NCBI RefSeq assembly: GCF_000143415.4
Contig: NW_003314336.1
Span: forward strand, 423,296 to 487,295
Source: Selaginella moellendorffii
Taxonomy: Eukaryota > Plantae > Lycopodiophyta
Direction: 5' to 3'
Length of the DNA: 64,000 nucleotides
How positions within the stretch are numbered: the stretch's first letter is position 1; every line of letters starts with the position of its first letter. The translations under genes and the position numbers were made by a program. This document shows, piece after piece, positions 1-13,364 of the stretch. The notes beneath the pieces are model-generated. The model saw nothing but the letters and a program-made list of their open reading frames with translations. It searched no databases and was not told the DNA's origin.

Positions 1-600
1 AACTTCCTCGCATAGCCACAAATTCGTGTTATTCCCTGGGACCGTGATCGTATCCCTCACAAACACGACGTCGCTTCCTTTGTCGAGAGAATGTGACTCT
101 GTGGACGGTGTACGCTTCCCACGTTGAGTGCCTGGTGGAAAGTGAAGGGGAAAAAAACGAAAAAAGAAAACTTCATCAGTCAGGCCCGTGCTCTAAACAA
201 ATCCTGCAAGAGCAGCGTACTTTGCTGCTGAAGCCCAGAGAATAGCTAAGCATTCTGGCAAAACTAGTACTGAAAGAAATGTAAGTCCAGAGCATACAAT
301 AATCCACACCATGCTCACCCAAAAAAGGCAAAGAAAAATATGTAAGAAAAATCGATAGAACTCAGTCAAGCACTCACCTGGCAAGAACTGTAGCAACATA
401 CAACCGAACAACACCTCCAGCCATAAAGGAAGGAAAGAAGACAACGAAGCGCACGAGCAAAAGCTTATCAGAAGGTCGCATTACCGACGAATTGTCCGCG
501 CCTGGAGCCTCTGAATCGCATCAACCTCGCGCGCTTGCACTGTGTTCCTCCAGCATCTAGCTGAGCTACGCTACTTTTCCCTTTCGCTAATGGAAACCCT
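1..600 (-). other. Probable 5' end (UTR exons/introns) of a minus-strand gene running off the window, divergent from ATG11
   Basis: Minus-strand splice signals: a pyrimidine tract plus CAG acceptor near 132 and a GTGAG donor near 375-379. Telo-box AAACCCTA at about 594. Product not identifiable. Confidence 0.3.
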
Positions 601-1181
601 AGGCCTGGATCGCGATCGCGCATCAAATCAACAAAAAAGAGAGGACAACAGCTCGCCGCGCATTGCGAATTGTGATCGCGGTCGCGCGACGCCTGCGCTT
701 GCGCCAATCTCGCCAATCCCTAGCCCGCCATAGCCGTTTGAGAAGAAAAGGATATAAGAGGATATTCGAGAACTTTTAAAAACATTGCCCTATCTTCGGG
801 CGGATATTCGCCAGGTTAATATGCCCGCGTTGCCCGTGTGAATCGAAGGAGGATAGATTCGTCCCATCCCCCGCGAGCGAGCGAGCGCGCCGGGACGAAG
901 ATTGGGAAGGAATGAGCGATCACGCTCGCGATTGCGACGATGGCGTCGTCGCCCTGCCGCCCAGCGCGCGCTCCATCTCCGCGCGGCAGGGTTAGGGCTG
1001 CGAGAACGGAGAAGGAGGAGGAGGAAGCGCCAAGCCCTTCACGAAATCCAAGGTCAGGAAAGGATTTTCGTGGACTAGGGTTCCTAGGATCGCCATAGGG
1101 GCTTTGGCGCATTCCCTGTCTTTCGAATCCATCTCCAGCGGAAGAATTACCATCGCGGCAGAGTAATCTTCACTCGCAAGC

Positions 1182-4100
1182 ATGCTGATTCATGTGGCGG
1201 AGAATGGGCTCTCGTTTGAGCTGGATTGCCAGCCATCGACGAGCGTGGAGGACGTCCAGAGCTATCTCGTGTCGCTCACGGGTGTTCTCCAGCACGAGCA
1301 GCTCCTCATTGTGGGGGATACACGGCTGGAGCCGCACAGGTCTCTTGGGTCGTATCGCTTGCCATCGCAGGATCGAGCAGTGTTTCTCTTCAGCCGCCAC
1401 AAGCTCAGCCCAGATTGTCCCCCTCCACAGGCAGAGTTTGCGGAGAGATTTTCCGAGGCGCTGCGAGAGCCGCCGTGCCCTCCACAGCCGTCTTCCACTG
1501 CTGGGAATGGCCACCCTTTGGACGACTCGAGAGACCCGGCACTGCGAGCTCTACCTTCTTACGAGCGCCAGTTTAAGTTCCACCTCGACAAGGGTCGTGG
1601 GATCTTGAGCTCCAGCCAGAAGAAGTTTGAGGCGTGTAGAACTTTACACCGCGAGCAGCAAGTCCAGGAGATGGCGCTGGAGACGGCCAGAGCCAACATG
1701 GAGCACTACTACAAGATGATCGACCAGCTCTATCAGGAGTTCATGAAACACTTTACGAGGCAGCACCGGCAGCACTCGGAGCTGCTGGCCAACTTTGACA
1801 AAGATTTGGAGCGCCTTCGTCTCTGTAAGTTGCATCCAGCATTGAAATCCGAGAGCAGGAAGACGTTGATGGATTGTGTGAAGGAAAGCAGCCTCAAGAA
1901 GTGGGCGGAGGACTGTGCCTTGTCGCATAAGCAGTTCTTCGCCAAGGTGTCCCAGCTCAAGAACGAGTATGTGATCCTCCAGAGGAGTGTGGAGGATTTG
2001 CTGGTGACTGGCTCAACTGTGGACGTGAGGCTGCTCGAGGAGACAATTGACAATCACCTGCATTACAAGGAGGAGCAGGCTAGCATCATTCAATCACTTA
2101 GGTGCGTCTTATCTTAAACCTCTTTTTTTTATCTTCTCTAAACCTTTTTGTGTGTTTGCTCTTGCAGCAAAGATGTAAATACCGTAAGAAAGCTTATTGA
2201 CGACTGCGTGAATAGCCAGCACACAGCATCACTTCGTCCACACGACGCCGTCTCGGCTCTTGGACCGATGTACGAAGTTCACGATAAGAGCCACATACCC
2301 AGGATGGAGGCCTGTGATCGAGAACTGTGGAAGCTTTTAGATACGTGTAGGAGGAGCAAGAACGCGATGAGCATGGGGGTCCATATGCGGATGCAAAGCG
2401 TAGCAGCGCTCCAGGCAAGCATCCGAGACATGAGAAACCAACTCTCAGCGTTCAAAGAAGCCATGGCTCGACAGGATGATATCTTCGAGGAGCTCAAGGT
2501 TGTCCGAAAGGTTGGCTCCGCTTACAAGGCGTGTCTTGCCGAGGTGGTGAGGAGGAAAGCTTGCATGAAGCTTTACATGGGACAGGCGGGGCAACTGGCT
2601 GAGAAGCTTGCAAGGAAGAGGGAGATGGAGATGGCCCGAAGGGAAGAATTTCTCCAGGTGCAGAGCTTGTACATCCCGAGGGACGTGTTAGCCGCCATGG
2701 GACTCTTCGACGCTCCCAGCCAGTGCATTGTAAATATTGCTCCGTTCGACGTGGGCCTGCTCGACATAGATATGGCGGATCTGGAACGCTACGCTCCAGA
2801 GTCTTTAGTTGGTGCCTTGTACAAAGTAGCCGAGGGGGCACCGGATAGCACAGATGATGGGGAGCTAGAAGAGATAGCAGGGACTAGCAAACTGGAGGTG
2901 GAAAATACGTGGTTAAAGGCGGAGCTTGCTTCGGCTATTTCCACGCTGTGCAACTTGGATCCCGATTTCCAGCCCGAGGAGTCGGAGGGTCTGAGTGAGC
3001 AAGGCAAGGCTGGAGGTGACAGTCGGGAGACTATTGCTGCCAGGAAGACGGCGGAAGCATTGCAGCTCAAAGATTTACATGCGAAGCAGCTGCATGGAAT
3101 GCTGGATATGAGGCAGCAGCAATGCAACGCTTATGAGAAGCGGATAAGAGAGCTCGAGCAGAGGTTGAGAGAACAGGACGCGCAGATCGAAAAGCTGTCG
3201 TCGAGCGGAAACGGTGAAGGTGGTGGGCTCAAGAAAGAAATACTTGATTTGTCCGAGAACTCTGGGCTGACGAATGTTCGAAACTTGAGCAGTGCTGAGC
3301 CGATGGACGAAGGCAGCAGCAGGCTTGCTCGTCTAGGGAGTTCGTGTACAGAGGCTAGCGATCAGATCGACGAAGGACTTGACGAGAACATGGTCGTGGA
3401 GACCGAAACGCTCAAGAAACTGGAGGTAGACAAGGGAGAAAAGAAGAGCGACTCTGCGAGCGAGAAGGACAAGGAGATAGCTGCCTTGGGAATTGGTCTG
3501 AGCGAGAAGACTCAGATGCTCAGTGCAGTGGAGGAGAAGTTTAAAGACGCCGTTGCGAAGACTGCTCAGCTGCAGGAAGAAGTGGACTGTAGCGCTGAAC
3601 TTTTGCGAGAATGCCAGGTATGGATGGATTGATTTTGTTTTTCGTTTGTCCAGTTCTCGTGAGGTAACAGCAGCTCTCTCTGCCTTTTCAGATGAACTGT
3701 GCTCACTTGGAGAATCGATTACACGAAGCAAGGGAAGAAGCAAGAACTAATCTGTGTGCCGCCGAGCGCCGAGCGGCCGAGTATGCGTCCTTAAGAGCGT
3801 CGAGCGTGAGGCTCCGAGGCCTTATGGAACGACTGAATAACTGCATCTCAACTCCAGTGGACGGAGCTGCTGGCTTCGTGGAGTCACTAGCTACGCTCTC
3901 GAATTCTCTGTCCAGGTTTGTCACCATTTTTTCTCTAGTGTAAGCTCACGTTTTTCTTCTTTCAGCCCTTCGAATGGTGGCAGTGAGAACCGGGAGGACC
4001 CGTGCTTGCTGGAGTTCCAGTCCTCGATAAGGATTCTTGCCGACCGAGTTGCGGGGATCATCCAGCAGATGATGGATCGCTGTAGCTCGTTGGAAGCAGC

Positions 4101-4603
4101 GCAGAGTCATCTCAACAAAGACATCGAGAGCAAAGCCGAAATGCTGAAGAACTTATATGCAAAGCACAAGCTGGAGAAACGGGTATTACTAAAACTTGTC
4201 TTTCTTTTCAATCGAACACTTTTTACAGGCGAGGAAGGAAAAGATCTGCTTCACTCGCTTTGAAGTTCACGAGCTTGCCGTGTTCATGCCAAACTCGGCC
4301 GGCCACTGGGAAGCTCTCAACAGGAACTGCCCGAATTACTACTTGTCCGACGAGTCGATCGCGCTGTTCCTGGAGAATTTGCCGAGCGGCCAGCAGTACA
4401 TCGTCGGACAGATTGTTCACATCAACCGGAACGTTGCCAGGCGCGCTCCATCGCCAAGTACTAGAGAACCATCGGCAGCTCCTCCAGGAGGCGGAGGAGG
4501 AGCAGCATCAAGGCCTCGCTACAATCCTTATGGCCTTGGCATCGGCTGTGAGTTCTTCGTTGTTACTGTGGCTATGGTTCCGGATCTTGCTCCACTCAGC
4601 TAG
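1182..4603 (+). CDS. ATG11: Autophagy-related protein 11; exons about 1182-2101, 2168-3617, 3692-3915, 3966-4182, 4229-4603
   Basis: The N-terminus (LIHVAENGLSFELDCQPSTSVEDVQ) matches the plant ATG11 ubiquitin-like start. It is followed by an ATG17-like helical region, a coiled coil and a C-terminal ATG11 domain (NCPNYYLS...YIVGQIVHI...NPYGL...FFVVTV). GT-AG introns join the frames. Confidence 0.93.
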
Positions 4604-4779
4604 AACTAGAATAAAAAGGAGCTTGATGATACGTAACATTGGTTGGGTCTAGAAAGAAATACCTTGACGATAACTTATGTATAGTTCTTGTTGCTCCATT
4701 CTATGATTTCAAGAAAGAAAAAAAGCAAAACTTTAGTCGAAGAACTTTGAGGAAAAAATAAATTCATGGAACCTTGGTT

Positions 4780-5631
4780 TTAATCCTCTTGATCTTCATC
4801 GTCTTCGATCCCAACCCAGCCAGTGAATGCTAGGAGGAACTCCTTGAATGTGACTCTACCATCTCTATCCCAATCCATTTCCTCTGGAAGAAGCAAGAGA
4901 TTGAAAAGGAAGTGATGGAAGTTTGATGGATTCACGTACCAAATCTCTCGACGCCTATGCTATCCTGTTGCGTATTAGTCGCGTGTGAGGACTCGTGGAT
5001 GGACTCGATCATCTCTTCCTTTGTGACGTAGCCATCGCCATTCTTGTCAAAGAAGACGAACGCGTCCTCGATCGTCTCGAAGCTCCACTCCAAGTCCGGC
5101 AATCCAATCCTCGATTTCTACACAAACCTCGGGTTAGAGCAAAGAACAAAGAAAAAAAGAAGAAATTTGGATCTTACTCCATCGGAATTGAGAGGCTCTC
5201 CCAGGAGATAAGCTAGCGCAAGAACAACGATGAATTCCTTGAAACTGATGCGCCGGTTGTGATCCACATCCCCCTCCTCGTAGAAGATCTGGACCTCTTC
5301 TTCGGTGAATTCAACCTTGAGCTCTCGAAAACACGCCTTGAGCTGCTCGAGGTCGATCGTCCCTCTCTTGTGCTTGTCTGCCACGAGGATCCATCCAACA
5401 CTCGCTCGATCGAGAGAGAAAGAAGGGGAAAAACGTACCAAATCGCTTGAAAACGTCACGGACTTGGTCGAAGGCCATGTCGATCTTGGAAAATTTCATG
5501 AGAATGGCGTCGAAGGATTTGACGCTGCTCTTGGCGGCCGCGGCGCGCTGCTGCAGCGCCTTGACGAGCCGCTTCTCCACCACATCGCCGTCGGGGAGCT
5601 CGCGCCGGCTCGCGCTGATCGATCCGCCCAT
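4780..5631 (-). CDS. Calmodulin-like EF-hand calcium-binding protein (CML21/22-like); exons about 5631-5439, 5377-5178, 5117-4940, 4883-4780
   Basis: Four EF-hand loops (DKHKRGTID, DVDHNRRIS, DKNGDGYVT, DWDRDGRVT), an MGG start suggestive of myristoylation, and canonical splice sites. Confidence 0.88.
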
Positions 5632-6297
5632 ACTTTAGGTCAGGAGCGACAGGAAATCTCTGGAAAGAAAAGCAATGGCGCGATGAGTGATGGATTGCGA
5701 TGGATTTGCTCGCGCTCCTGGAAATCCCTGGCGAGAATGCCGACGACGCGAGCATTGGATCGGTCTTAGCATTGCTTTCCGGAGAAGAGATGTAATCTCG
5801 ACCGTTGGTTTGTATTTCATCTCTAGCTCTTCACACCTGTCTGTCAGGGCTTGGTTGCCTCGATCGATCGAGCAATTGCGTCTCCGCGAGAAAGATTTCT
5901 TCGTCACGCTCCAGCGCTGGTGGATCGACAGGCGGCGGTGAGTGGTCTCAGTTCTGGATCGACAGACACGCGGAATTCCTCAACTGCGAGGAAATCTCGA
6001 CGATCTTGCGGGCGAATCTTGCTCCATTCTTTTACGGAGAATGGATTGGTTCTATCTGCTCGTCACTGCTTTGCATCTGGTAAGAATCTCTAGATCGTTT
6101 GGTAGATCTCCCAAAGTCTCTTGGTTATTTCCAGTAGTTGCTTTTGTGGTGGTTTTTCTTCTTGCTATAGTTCCATCTCTTCTTCTTCTTCTTCTTTCTT
6201 AGTTTTGATTGAGATCTCAAAGGCTTGAATTCGTGTGTGCCTTCTTTCTTTAGTTTTGATCTATCAGATGATCATAGCTAACTGTAGTATACTTTAC

Positions 6298-7862
6298 TCA
6301 GGAATGCTTTCGGTGGCCTGAGGATGCCATGAGAACTGCCACCGCAATGCAAAACATTGTAAGCATGGCTGCCAGCAGCATGTACGTTCTTCGCGACGAT
6401 CGAATGTACTCGCCAAAAAAGAGCACACCCCACAGGGTGCTAACCAGCGGCATCGCCTGGAGAAAGAACAAAACCATCAAAGACGAAGAAGAAACTTCGA
6501 TCCATACCTGGACAGCGTCGGCAGCAGCGTAACCAGCAGCTTGGCCTCCCATGAACTGGAGCCCGTTTCCAAAGCCACACAAGAGTCCTGCGAGCAATGC
6601 CCACGGCCTTCCATTCCAATCCGCGACGTAAGCTGTGAGGGAGGACTTTGGCAGTCCAACGGCGGGGCGGTAGAGGAGGACAAGGCTGAGGAAGAGCGCG
6701 AGCACGAAGAAGGATGTGCTGAAGTAGAAGAAGGCAGTGTATACCACCAAGCGGGGAACTCCGGGCTTTAGAGTGTGCCACTGATCGTTGGTGGCAACGT
6801 TGAAAGCCGGACTGAAGAGGGAGAAGCAAGCGCCTGCGAAGAAGATGATTCCCAGGCCCAGGATGGTGTTGGAGGTGGTGTTCTACATCCAGAAAAGAAG
6901 AAACCTGGCTCAGGAACAAGCAGCTACTAGTACAACGTACTTTGATCGCTCGCTTGTGCTCGAGTTGATCGAGGAACTCGGCAGTTCCAGCTTGAGCTTT
7001 GACAGTTTTGGTGGTGCCGTTCTCCTCCTCCGGTTGGTTCTTGGTTTCCACAGCCGCCATCTCGACGTCCAATCTTTTGTAAGAAGATCCGGAGCCATCA
7101 CTGCCAAGTAAGAGCGAAGTTGATCGATCCAGCCATGGGGGAAGAACAGTGACTTACTTGCTGTTGAGAAGCTCTGCGGCCGCGAGCTTGGCTCGGTTAT
7201 CTTTGGTGTTGGAAGAATGCAGCGCCGAGCCGAGAAAGACAGCGATCAGGAAGCAGGCGACTCCAGGGAAGAGAATCTCGGCCCGGTTGATCCGATCGTC
7301 GAGAAAGTAGTTCATGGTGGTGCCTGGGACACTCAAGAACAGTGAAGGATCATGGAACGAGATCGATCACTCCAAAGTCGGGAAAAACTTGTCCTTACCA
7401 GCGACGACAGTGATGCTGCACGAGATAACTTCGGCTACCGACAGACCAACGTATGCTAGCGCGTACTGGAGGGAGAGGTTTCCTAGGCACAGGACGATTC
7501 CACCGGCCATGGCGAATCCAACAGACGGCCAGTTATCCTGGAAGATCCTCCGACCAGGAAAGAGAAAGAAGCCCATCAACAATCACAGACGAAGAAGAAC
7601 AAAAGGAAGAAGGTGGTGCCATCACCTGCTTGAGCTGCTCCAGGAAATTGGGAGTCTGAGTGGAACTCTCGCCGATCTGGCCGAGCGTGAGCGCGATGAC
7701 AATGGCAGCAATGTAATTGGTGATGCAGTAGTCGAGGTACGTGTGCTGTGGCAATCGCCCTCTTCGTTCTAACAGGTTCATGATCGCTGGCCATGTCCCC
7801 AGGAAGACGAGCGCCGTGAGCATGAGCGCGATGGCGCCCCCTTTGTCCTCCACCACGTACAT
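6298..7862 (-). CDS. UPS: Ureide permease (UPS family membrane transporter), multi-exon
   Basis: Characteristic UPS segments: MYVVEDKGGAIALML...LGTWPA...LLERRGRLPQHTYLDY; GTTMNYFLDDRINRAEILFPGV; GLLCGFGNGLQFMGGQAAGYAAADAVQ; C-terminal MASSGHRK. Confidence 0.92.
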
Positions 7863-8029
7863 GATGCAAATCTCTCTCGGATGCCTTGCTCGATCGATCG
7901 ATCCCTATAAGATCACTCACACTTACCTATGCTCGTGGATCACATTGTCAAATCCCCCATTCTCCAGTCTTCGTCGGTGATGGCGACCGTGGAAGACTAG
8001 GAGTTCCCAAAAGTGTGGGAGTGTGCCTA

Positions 8030-9160
8030 ATAATTCGGGAACCACATGAGATTGATATGCACACCATCTTTGGACAAAATTAGATTCCTAGATGCGCTCT
8101 TGGAAGAACACTCGAAGTTACATCTCCCTATCCTCCTCTCGCTGGTTGGATCGCTGGAAAGCTTTCTTTGTCCTCCTCGCTCATCCTCATGGTCTAGATC
8201 TGGTGAGCTCAATAGCGCAGCGATGTTGAAACTTTGATCGCGCTTTCGTGCCCAAATGAGTCTCGGGAGTCTGCTCCTCGCCATCCACTGGAAAAACATC
8301 CAGTGATTTAGCAGCAGCAAAAAAGAACAAACGATGAGCCTTAGGCTTTGGTAACAAGTATCCTCTGCAGTGTAAGGTTCCTCGTTGCCCTCTGTAGAGG
8401 ATGATCAAGCTGGAAACAAAAGGTTATTCTCAGGAACTTACCAAAATCCAGGCACTCGATGCTCGTGAACTTCTCCTCTACAGGAAGAGAAGGAAAGATT
8501 CATGCATGCCTTAGCTTGCAACTTACCATTTGGACCATTTGGCAGATCCTTCAAGGCCAGATGCGCGTCTTTCTGGAGCGTGATCACTATAACAATTTTG
8601 CTGCGATCCATGTATCGCCCCACCATTGATTTGCACGCTGTCACCAAGCCCTGAAGGAAGAAACTTAGTTTCTAAAGCGAAGTTTGGGATGAATTTACCA
8701 CAGCGTCTATGTCGGTCTGTAGCACGGGTATAAACGCATCAAAAGAGTTGAGCAAGCTCCATATATGATCTGAAGAAGTCGCCACAAAGGCATCGTCCTC
8801 TTGTACGAAAAGCAAAACGAGAGAAGGATATCAAACCTGAGAATGCTTATGTCTACTTTCAGGAACTATAGAGCGTCTTATCATGATGTTTCTCTTCACT
8901 TGATGATCCCACGAATGCAAGTAGACTGGCTTGAAAGATCTGGAGAGTAGAACTCGGGCACTACTACCTGTAAATTTATCCATCGTGAACCAGGACGACC
9001 ACACTGTTGAACTTCGTGTGTTGGAACGCTTCAAATTCATTCCTGGATCGCTGTAATGAGAATACTTGAAAAATATGAGATAAAACACACCTTTTAAGGG
9101 ATGGGCGCCTGAACGAAGGAAGTAAAAAAGGGCAAAGAGGAGATAGGGCGATGGTGAGAT
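8030..9160 (-). other. Unidentified exon-like segments (degenerate gene or pseudogene)
   Basis: Minus-strand donor/acceptor signals near 8410, 8440, 8651 and 8697 bracket short open frames (e.g. GLVTACKSMVGRYMDRSKIVIV). No recognisable domain. Confidence 0.25.
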
Positions 9161-9249
9161 CCCCGTCAAACGCTCCTATTTTCCGCCAAGAAGATTAAAC
9201 ATATAGGAGTTTGTCCTTTCACGAAGGAGCAGCTGTTTGCACTGCGCGT

Positions 9250-9555
9250 GTTGGGATTCTCTGCCCAAAGTGGGACTGGAACACCTCGGCATTGTGAGAA
9301 TACTTCTTTCGCCATGGAAGCATTTGCAGGCCTCGCGTTTAGCAATGCTTTCTTGACAGATTCGCCCCTTCTGAACCTGAGCAGCTCTATCGGCAAAATT
9401 CAGGAACAAGCTAGCGTATGATACCTGGTGCTTTTCCTCGTCAAGCTTTTGGTGCGTTCCACCAAAGGAATGAGGAAGCTTGAGCTGAAGAGTCAGAAGA
9501 GGTGCTCAAAGCGCATGAATGGCTTTGTGGGAAAATGCAAAGTGCGCAAGCCAAA
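9250..9555. pseudogene. Two C-terminal fragments of the CR-type NTPase/nuclease family in opposite orientations
   Basis: 9250-9430 (-) reads YASLFLN/FRRGESVKKALLNARPANASMAKEVFSQCRGV, matching 26420-26590. 9440-9555 (+) matches the last exon at 26790-26905 (RSTKGMR.LE..SQ.RCSKRM..FVGKCKVRK). Confidence 0.8.
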
Positions 9556-9651
9556 GACGATTGGAAAGTCAAAGAAGGTCTTTTAAACAAAATGGAAAGT
9601 CAAAGAAGGTCTTTTAAACAACTGATCCAGATAGACAGGGCTACATATTTT

Positions 9652-10773
9652 TCACTTCTTTACCTGGGTGATGACAGATTTACCACTCGCCTGCTTGGCG
9701 AAAAAGATGGCGAGGTAATCCCGGTAGCACACGGCTTGAAACTGCGACTCCTCCTGGGCATTGACAAGCTCGGGGAAGGGCGCGATCAACGGTCCAGCTG
9801 GCGGTGGCTCGAAGAAGCTCGCGATGGAATATCTGGTGGAATCAGAATTGGCCAACGCGCGATGCTCGGCGCTCTTGTATTTACCATTGCTCATAATCTG
9901 GGGTGCAAATACGTAAGAAGTAAGAAACCAAGATCTACGTTTTACCTCGAGTTGGTCTCCCATGTTAACGACGATTGCGCCGGGTAAAGAATGGACGGTG
10001 ATCCATGCGCCGTCCTTGAGCACTTGCAATCCAGGCACTCCATTGTCGACCAATAGGGAGATGACATTTGGGTCTGTGTGTGACCGCAGCGCTAGCACGA
10101 GCTCGGGCTGTGGGCATGGAAGATAACGATTCATCAGCATCGAGTGATGGAGTTCCTCTAGGGATTGCTCGATCCGGTTGGATTCCAGGCCTAATCCTCT
10201 AGAGACGTATCTCAGCAGCTTTCTTCCCAGATCGTGCATCGCCTCGCAGTACCTAGCGCTGGAATCTCTGGAGAAAAACGATAGGAATCGATCAAGATTG
10301 CATTCTCGGAAAAATTGCGCTCACCGGTAGTGTGGAGGATCGCTCGGGCACGATTCTTTAACGGCATCGCTACACGGAGGATAGCAAAGGCTCTGGAAGA
10401 GGAAATCTCGCCAATCCACGACGCTCGAGTTGTCGAATCTGACCGAGTAGCCGGTGGTCTTGGGGATCGGCGTGGCGCTGAAATATTTCATCCTCACCGC
10501 CATGGGAAGATCGAAGAAATCCTTGGCCGCCTGGAGCATCCCATCAACAATCTCCTGCGCCACGCCGTGAGAGATGACCTGAAAGAAGCCCCAATCCTTG
10601 CACGCCCTCGCGATCGCATCGGTGATCTCCTCCTCGGGCAGCGTCAGGTCAATCACCGGGATCTGAGTCGAATTGCCACGCTGCGAGCCATAGATTGGAG
10701 GGTGGGGCTGTATGTAAGCCTCTGGCACACTCGTGATTCCTTGCGCGAGAAGATTCTCAACAGGAATGAGCAA
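9652..10773 (-). CDS. 2-oxoglutarate/Fe(II)-dependent dioxygenase (DOXC class); exons about 10773-10325, 10267-9946, 9897-9652; true start uncertain
   Basis: DIOX_N motifs (IPVIDL, ACKDWGFFQVISHGV, DWRD), NRYLPCPQPELVL, HTD...H iron ligands and the RYS 2OG-binding motif. A possible ATG micro-exon lies at about 10900-10905. Confidence 0.92.
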
Positions 10774-11272
10774 TCAAAAGTTCTAGATCAATCAGATCTA
10801 GGATTCATACAAAAAGCTAAATTATTAAAATCAAAGAAATTGCAAAAAGATCTTAATTATGCAAAAAAATGAAGAGAGAAATAGTTAGCTGAAATTTACC
10901 ATCATGGATTCTTTGATTTATCCTCTAGAAAGGACATGATGTTTCAATTTAAAAGTGAGGGATCTCACTACATTTGCCATCTGTTGTGAAAGAGTTTTAA
11001 AACCTTACCATGCACCCAAAAGCCCATAAAAATGTGCTCAATCACATAAGGAACTGGTCCAGTTTGTTATTAAATTCTGAGCTATGTAAGGAACATGTGT
11101 TGCCTCTACTAGGCATTTTGTGCATTAACAGCAATTTATAGTCAGATGAAATAAAAATTATTAATTTATAAAATTAGAAAAAAGCTCAAACTTTTATTCT
11201 TGTTTTAAATATGTGGGAGAGTGGGCTTAGAATAGCAATTCATTTCTCAATTTTTTTTAATATTTTGCAATT

Positions 11273-12160
11273 TCAAGAAACTCTATCTTTTAAGCAACCT
11301 ATATGATTACTAAGTTTTATTCTCCACCAACTATTATTTGGAGCTGAAGCTTCATAAATGACAAAGTCACAATTATCTTCAATAATAAGGTATGTAAGAG
11401 AAATGCATTTCTCGCAATATTTGTTTATAGACCATAAAACGTTTTTTGTGTCAGTATATATAACAAGATTTCCATCAATTTGTAAAATAAGTACACAATT
11501 GCCTTCATAAAAGAAAACATTTTCAGATTGCCATAAAAGATTTTTACCTGAGAAAACTACAAGCTGACAATTTGATTTTAAATATAATATATTTCTACCA
11601 TTAGATGATATTAAGAAGTTGCCTTTATATAAACGAAATTCTCGAAAACCAGCATTTAAAGTGGTTAAACTTGTATCACAATCTTGCCTAGAATGAATAT
11701 TTTTATAAGCAAATCGAAATGCTTTTATATTTTGTAATTGAGGAGTCCACAGAAATTGAAGACTGTACTCAATTATATATTTTGTTAATGTTATTTTACA
11801 TTTATCTGCTCGTTTCGATAATAATAATGATTTATATTCATCTATTGTATATTTTATTCCATATCTTATTCTTGATCCAATCACTTGTTTATTTGTTGAT
11901 TTACCAGATTTACATTTATCTCCTACACATTCAATCCTTACAAAAACAGCACCTTTACTAATTTCAACCATTCTTGCATCTTTATAATTTGCTGGATAAT
12001 TAGCATAATGAGTTATATTACTTGTTAAATTTAAAAAACCTTGATCAATTATAATTTGAATATCTTGTTCACTAAGAACTTCTTTTTCCCCCCAGTCTAT
12101 AGTTACTCCATATACAAAATTTATAAAATAAAACACTACTATACATATTTTTAACACCAT
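11273..12160 (-). CDS. Secreted protein, 295 aa: signal peptide, unknown N-terminal domain, bulb-type (GNA/B-) lectin domain; copy 1
   Basis: Hydrophobic N-terminus ending VYG. The C-terminal LISSNG..LYLKSNCQLVVF..LWQS..CVLILQIDGNLVIY..VLWS..LIIEDNCDFVIY contains the QxDxNxVxY lectin motif. Intronless and very AT-rich. Confidence 0.8.
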   Translation of the reverse strand: MVLKICIVVFYFINFVYGVTIDWGEKEVLSEQDIQIIIDQGFLNLTSNITHYANYPANYKDARMVEISKGAVFVRIECVGDKCKSGKSTNKQVIGSRIRYGIKYTIDEYKSLLLSKRADKCKITLTKYIIEYSLQFLWTPQLQNIKAFRFAYKNIHSRQDCDTSLTTLNAGFREFRLYKGNFLISSNGRNILYLKSNCQLVVFSGKNLLWQSENVFFYEGNCVLILQIDGNLVIYTDTKNVLWSINKYCEKCISLTYLIIEDNCDFVIYEASAPNNSWWRIKLSNHIGCLKDRVS

Positions 12161-13364
12161 TTTATAGATTAGAAATTTTTTATATTAAATAAACAGTTAT
12201 GAAATATTAAAAAAATAGGATTTATATTGTTTTATTTATTATTTTATTTATTATATAAAAATAATAAAACAAAACAATAAATAAAATAATACCTATCTAA
12301 ATACTTCAAAAACTAATTTTAGATTAGCTTTAATAGACTAAAACTTCTATATTCTTCCAAATGTAAAAGAAATTTTTATTTCTCTATATTTAAATATTAT
12401 TTTATTAATAATAAATTCTAAATTATAAACTAGAATATAAATTTCTAAATATTTATAGCTCTCCCATTAGAGCTAATCTTAGCTTTTAGTGTTACCTTTA
12501 CCAAAATTTAAGTAGTGTATATATTTATATACCATTTTTTATTGCATGGATTATAGAAATAGAGTACAAAAATATATATATTAGATTAACCTAAAAACTC
12601 TAATTTAAGTAAGTGGTTCAAATTAAAATCAATTCAATGGCTATCACAATCCCATTACACTTATATTAGTATACAATTGTACTTGTACACTTAGACCTCA
12701 CTTTATCCCCTCCTCTTGGAAAGATGGAAAGCAATCCCTTAGTTGATAGCCATTGGTAATATCAAATTATGGTCATATAAAAGTTTATATAATGAGGCAT
12801 TAATAGAACTCTATACACCCATAAGATACACATATTGAAGAGATGACAAATAATTATCCCAATTGAATGTTAAAAATTCATATACTACACAATCATTTCT
12901 TTGAAAGTTTGAATGAGCTATTCCATCAAACCATCCATCTATGAATAATAACCACTCATGAAAGTGTGGTATATCCCTAGTCGAGATATCAAGATGCCTC
13001 ATCTATAAATACGAGACCATTATTTGAGAGAAACCACTTTAAGTAAGAATGCTAGAACACCACTTAATTATAGAGAAAGTATTAACTACAATTGCAAATA
13101 CACTAGTAAGAGCACCGACTTCCACCCACCAAATCAAGTAGTCGAAAGTAATAATGATGTACTTATTGTCAACAATCGACTGTGGACAAGGCCCCATCAG
13201 ATTAAATGTTATTAGCTTAAATAGACAAAAAACTACAATTGACTCTAACTATTTTTTTGCAGCATAAAAGGGAGTATTATAAGCTTGGTACTAAATGTAA
13301 TTATGTATATATTGAATAACATTATATTGTATTTTTGGACAATAAAAAAATTTGCATAGCTTCT

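Noticed and set aside
6176-6200. (CTT)n tract
   Set aside because: An ordinary short intergenic/UTR microsatellite.
11273-12160. S-domain receptor kinase fragment or contaminant/organellar insert
   Set aside because: There is no S-locus, PAN, TM or kinase sequence nearby. The gene is duplicated together with its flanks and a host-type retrotransposon, so it is integrated nuclear DNA.
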